This document shows positions 63,465-64,000 of a stretch of DNA of 64,000 nt, in pieces. The notes beneath the pieces are model-generated. The model was not told the origin of the DNA and searched no databases. It was given only the letters and a program-made list of their open reading frames with translations. Numbering within the stretch: position 1 is the first letter of the stretch; every line of letters starts with the position of its first letter. Source of the DNA: Lama glama (lineage: Eukaryota); contig CM052817.1 in assembly GCA_028534125.1 (NCBI GenBank), positions 69,070,001 through 69,134,000 on the forward strand, given 5' to 3'. The translations under genes and the position numbers were made by a program.

Positions 63465-64000
63465 TTCCCTTTGTGAATACTGTCTAAGGGCTCCTTTGCC
63501 TCTCTATTATGGAATTAACTTCATAATACATTTTCTGATTGCTCACATTCTTTTCACATTGGGACTGACACCCCCCGACCCCCCCCCCGCAAGGAACTTC
63601 TGAGCTTTGCGTCATTTTCGTGTAGATAATCCATTTGGTACAATTTGAGAGACTAGAATCACTTCACCATAACCTAGCTTGCATTTTTTTCATGTATTTT
63701 TGGACCTTGATGCACGAACAAGAATCATTCACCCCAACCACTTACAATGACTATGGGAAGCGTTTCTTGCTTTAGTAATTTTAGAAACCATAGGGACTAT
63801 GTAAGGACTATATAGAGGAGTACCACGAATGAAAAGAAAGAGGACAACAGTGCAAAAATCACTTTATAATGGAAAGTGTGAGCTTTTAAAGATGAGCAGC
63901 TGGAATTTCCATATCAGGCAATCAGAGCGAAACCCCTGTGTATTAATGCACTAATAAGCTTTCTAAAGGATTTTTCAAGCATTTTACAGTAAGGTTGTGC

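Overview
This is AT-rich, repeat-dense mammalian genomic DNA. It is most likely camelid, judged from a tRNA-Ala-derived vic-1-type SINE and young L1 3' ends of a type I associate with camelids. I cannot recognise any host protein-coding exon, functional RNA gene or CRISPR array, so the window looks intergenic or intronic. The only ORFs I can assign are decayed transposon proteins: Tigger1 transposase, L1 ORF1p/ORF2p and an ERVL RNase H remnant. Contents include a full-length Tigger1 nested inside an MLT1 LTR, many L1 copies of different ages, MaLR/ERVL/ERV1-type LTRs, MIR and L2 relics, and one 500-N assembly gap. The most interesting signals are retrotransposition by-products: (1) a TSD-bounded L1 that keeps its 5'UTR, ORF1 and 3' end but has lost almost all of ORF2 (HAL1-like layout), plus two more internally deleted L1s; (2) a probable L1 3' transduction carrying a non-repeat polyadenylated segment into Tigger1; (3) an orphan ~240-bp polyadenylated insert with a perfect 18-bp TSD. 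I found no evidence of a genuinely new biological system. Subfamily names come from recalled consensus motifs, not a search, and boundaries of old repeats are approximate.
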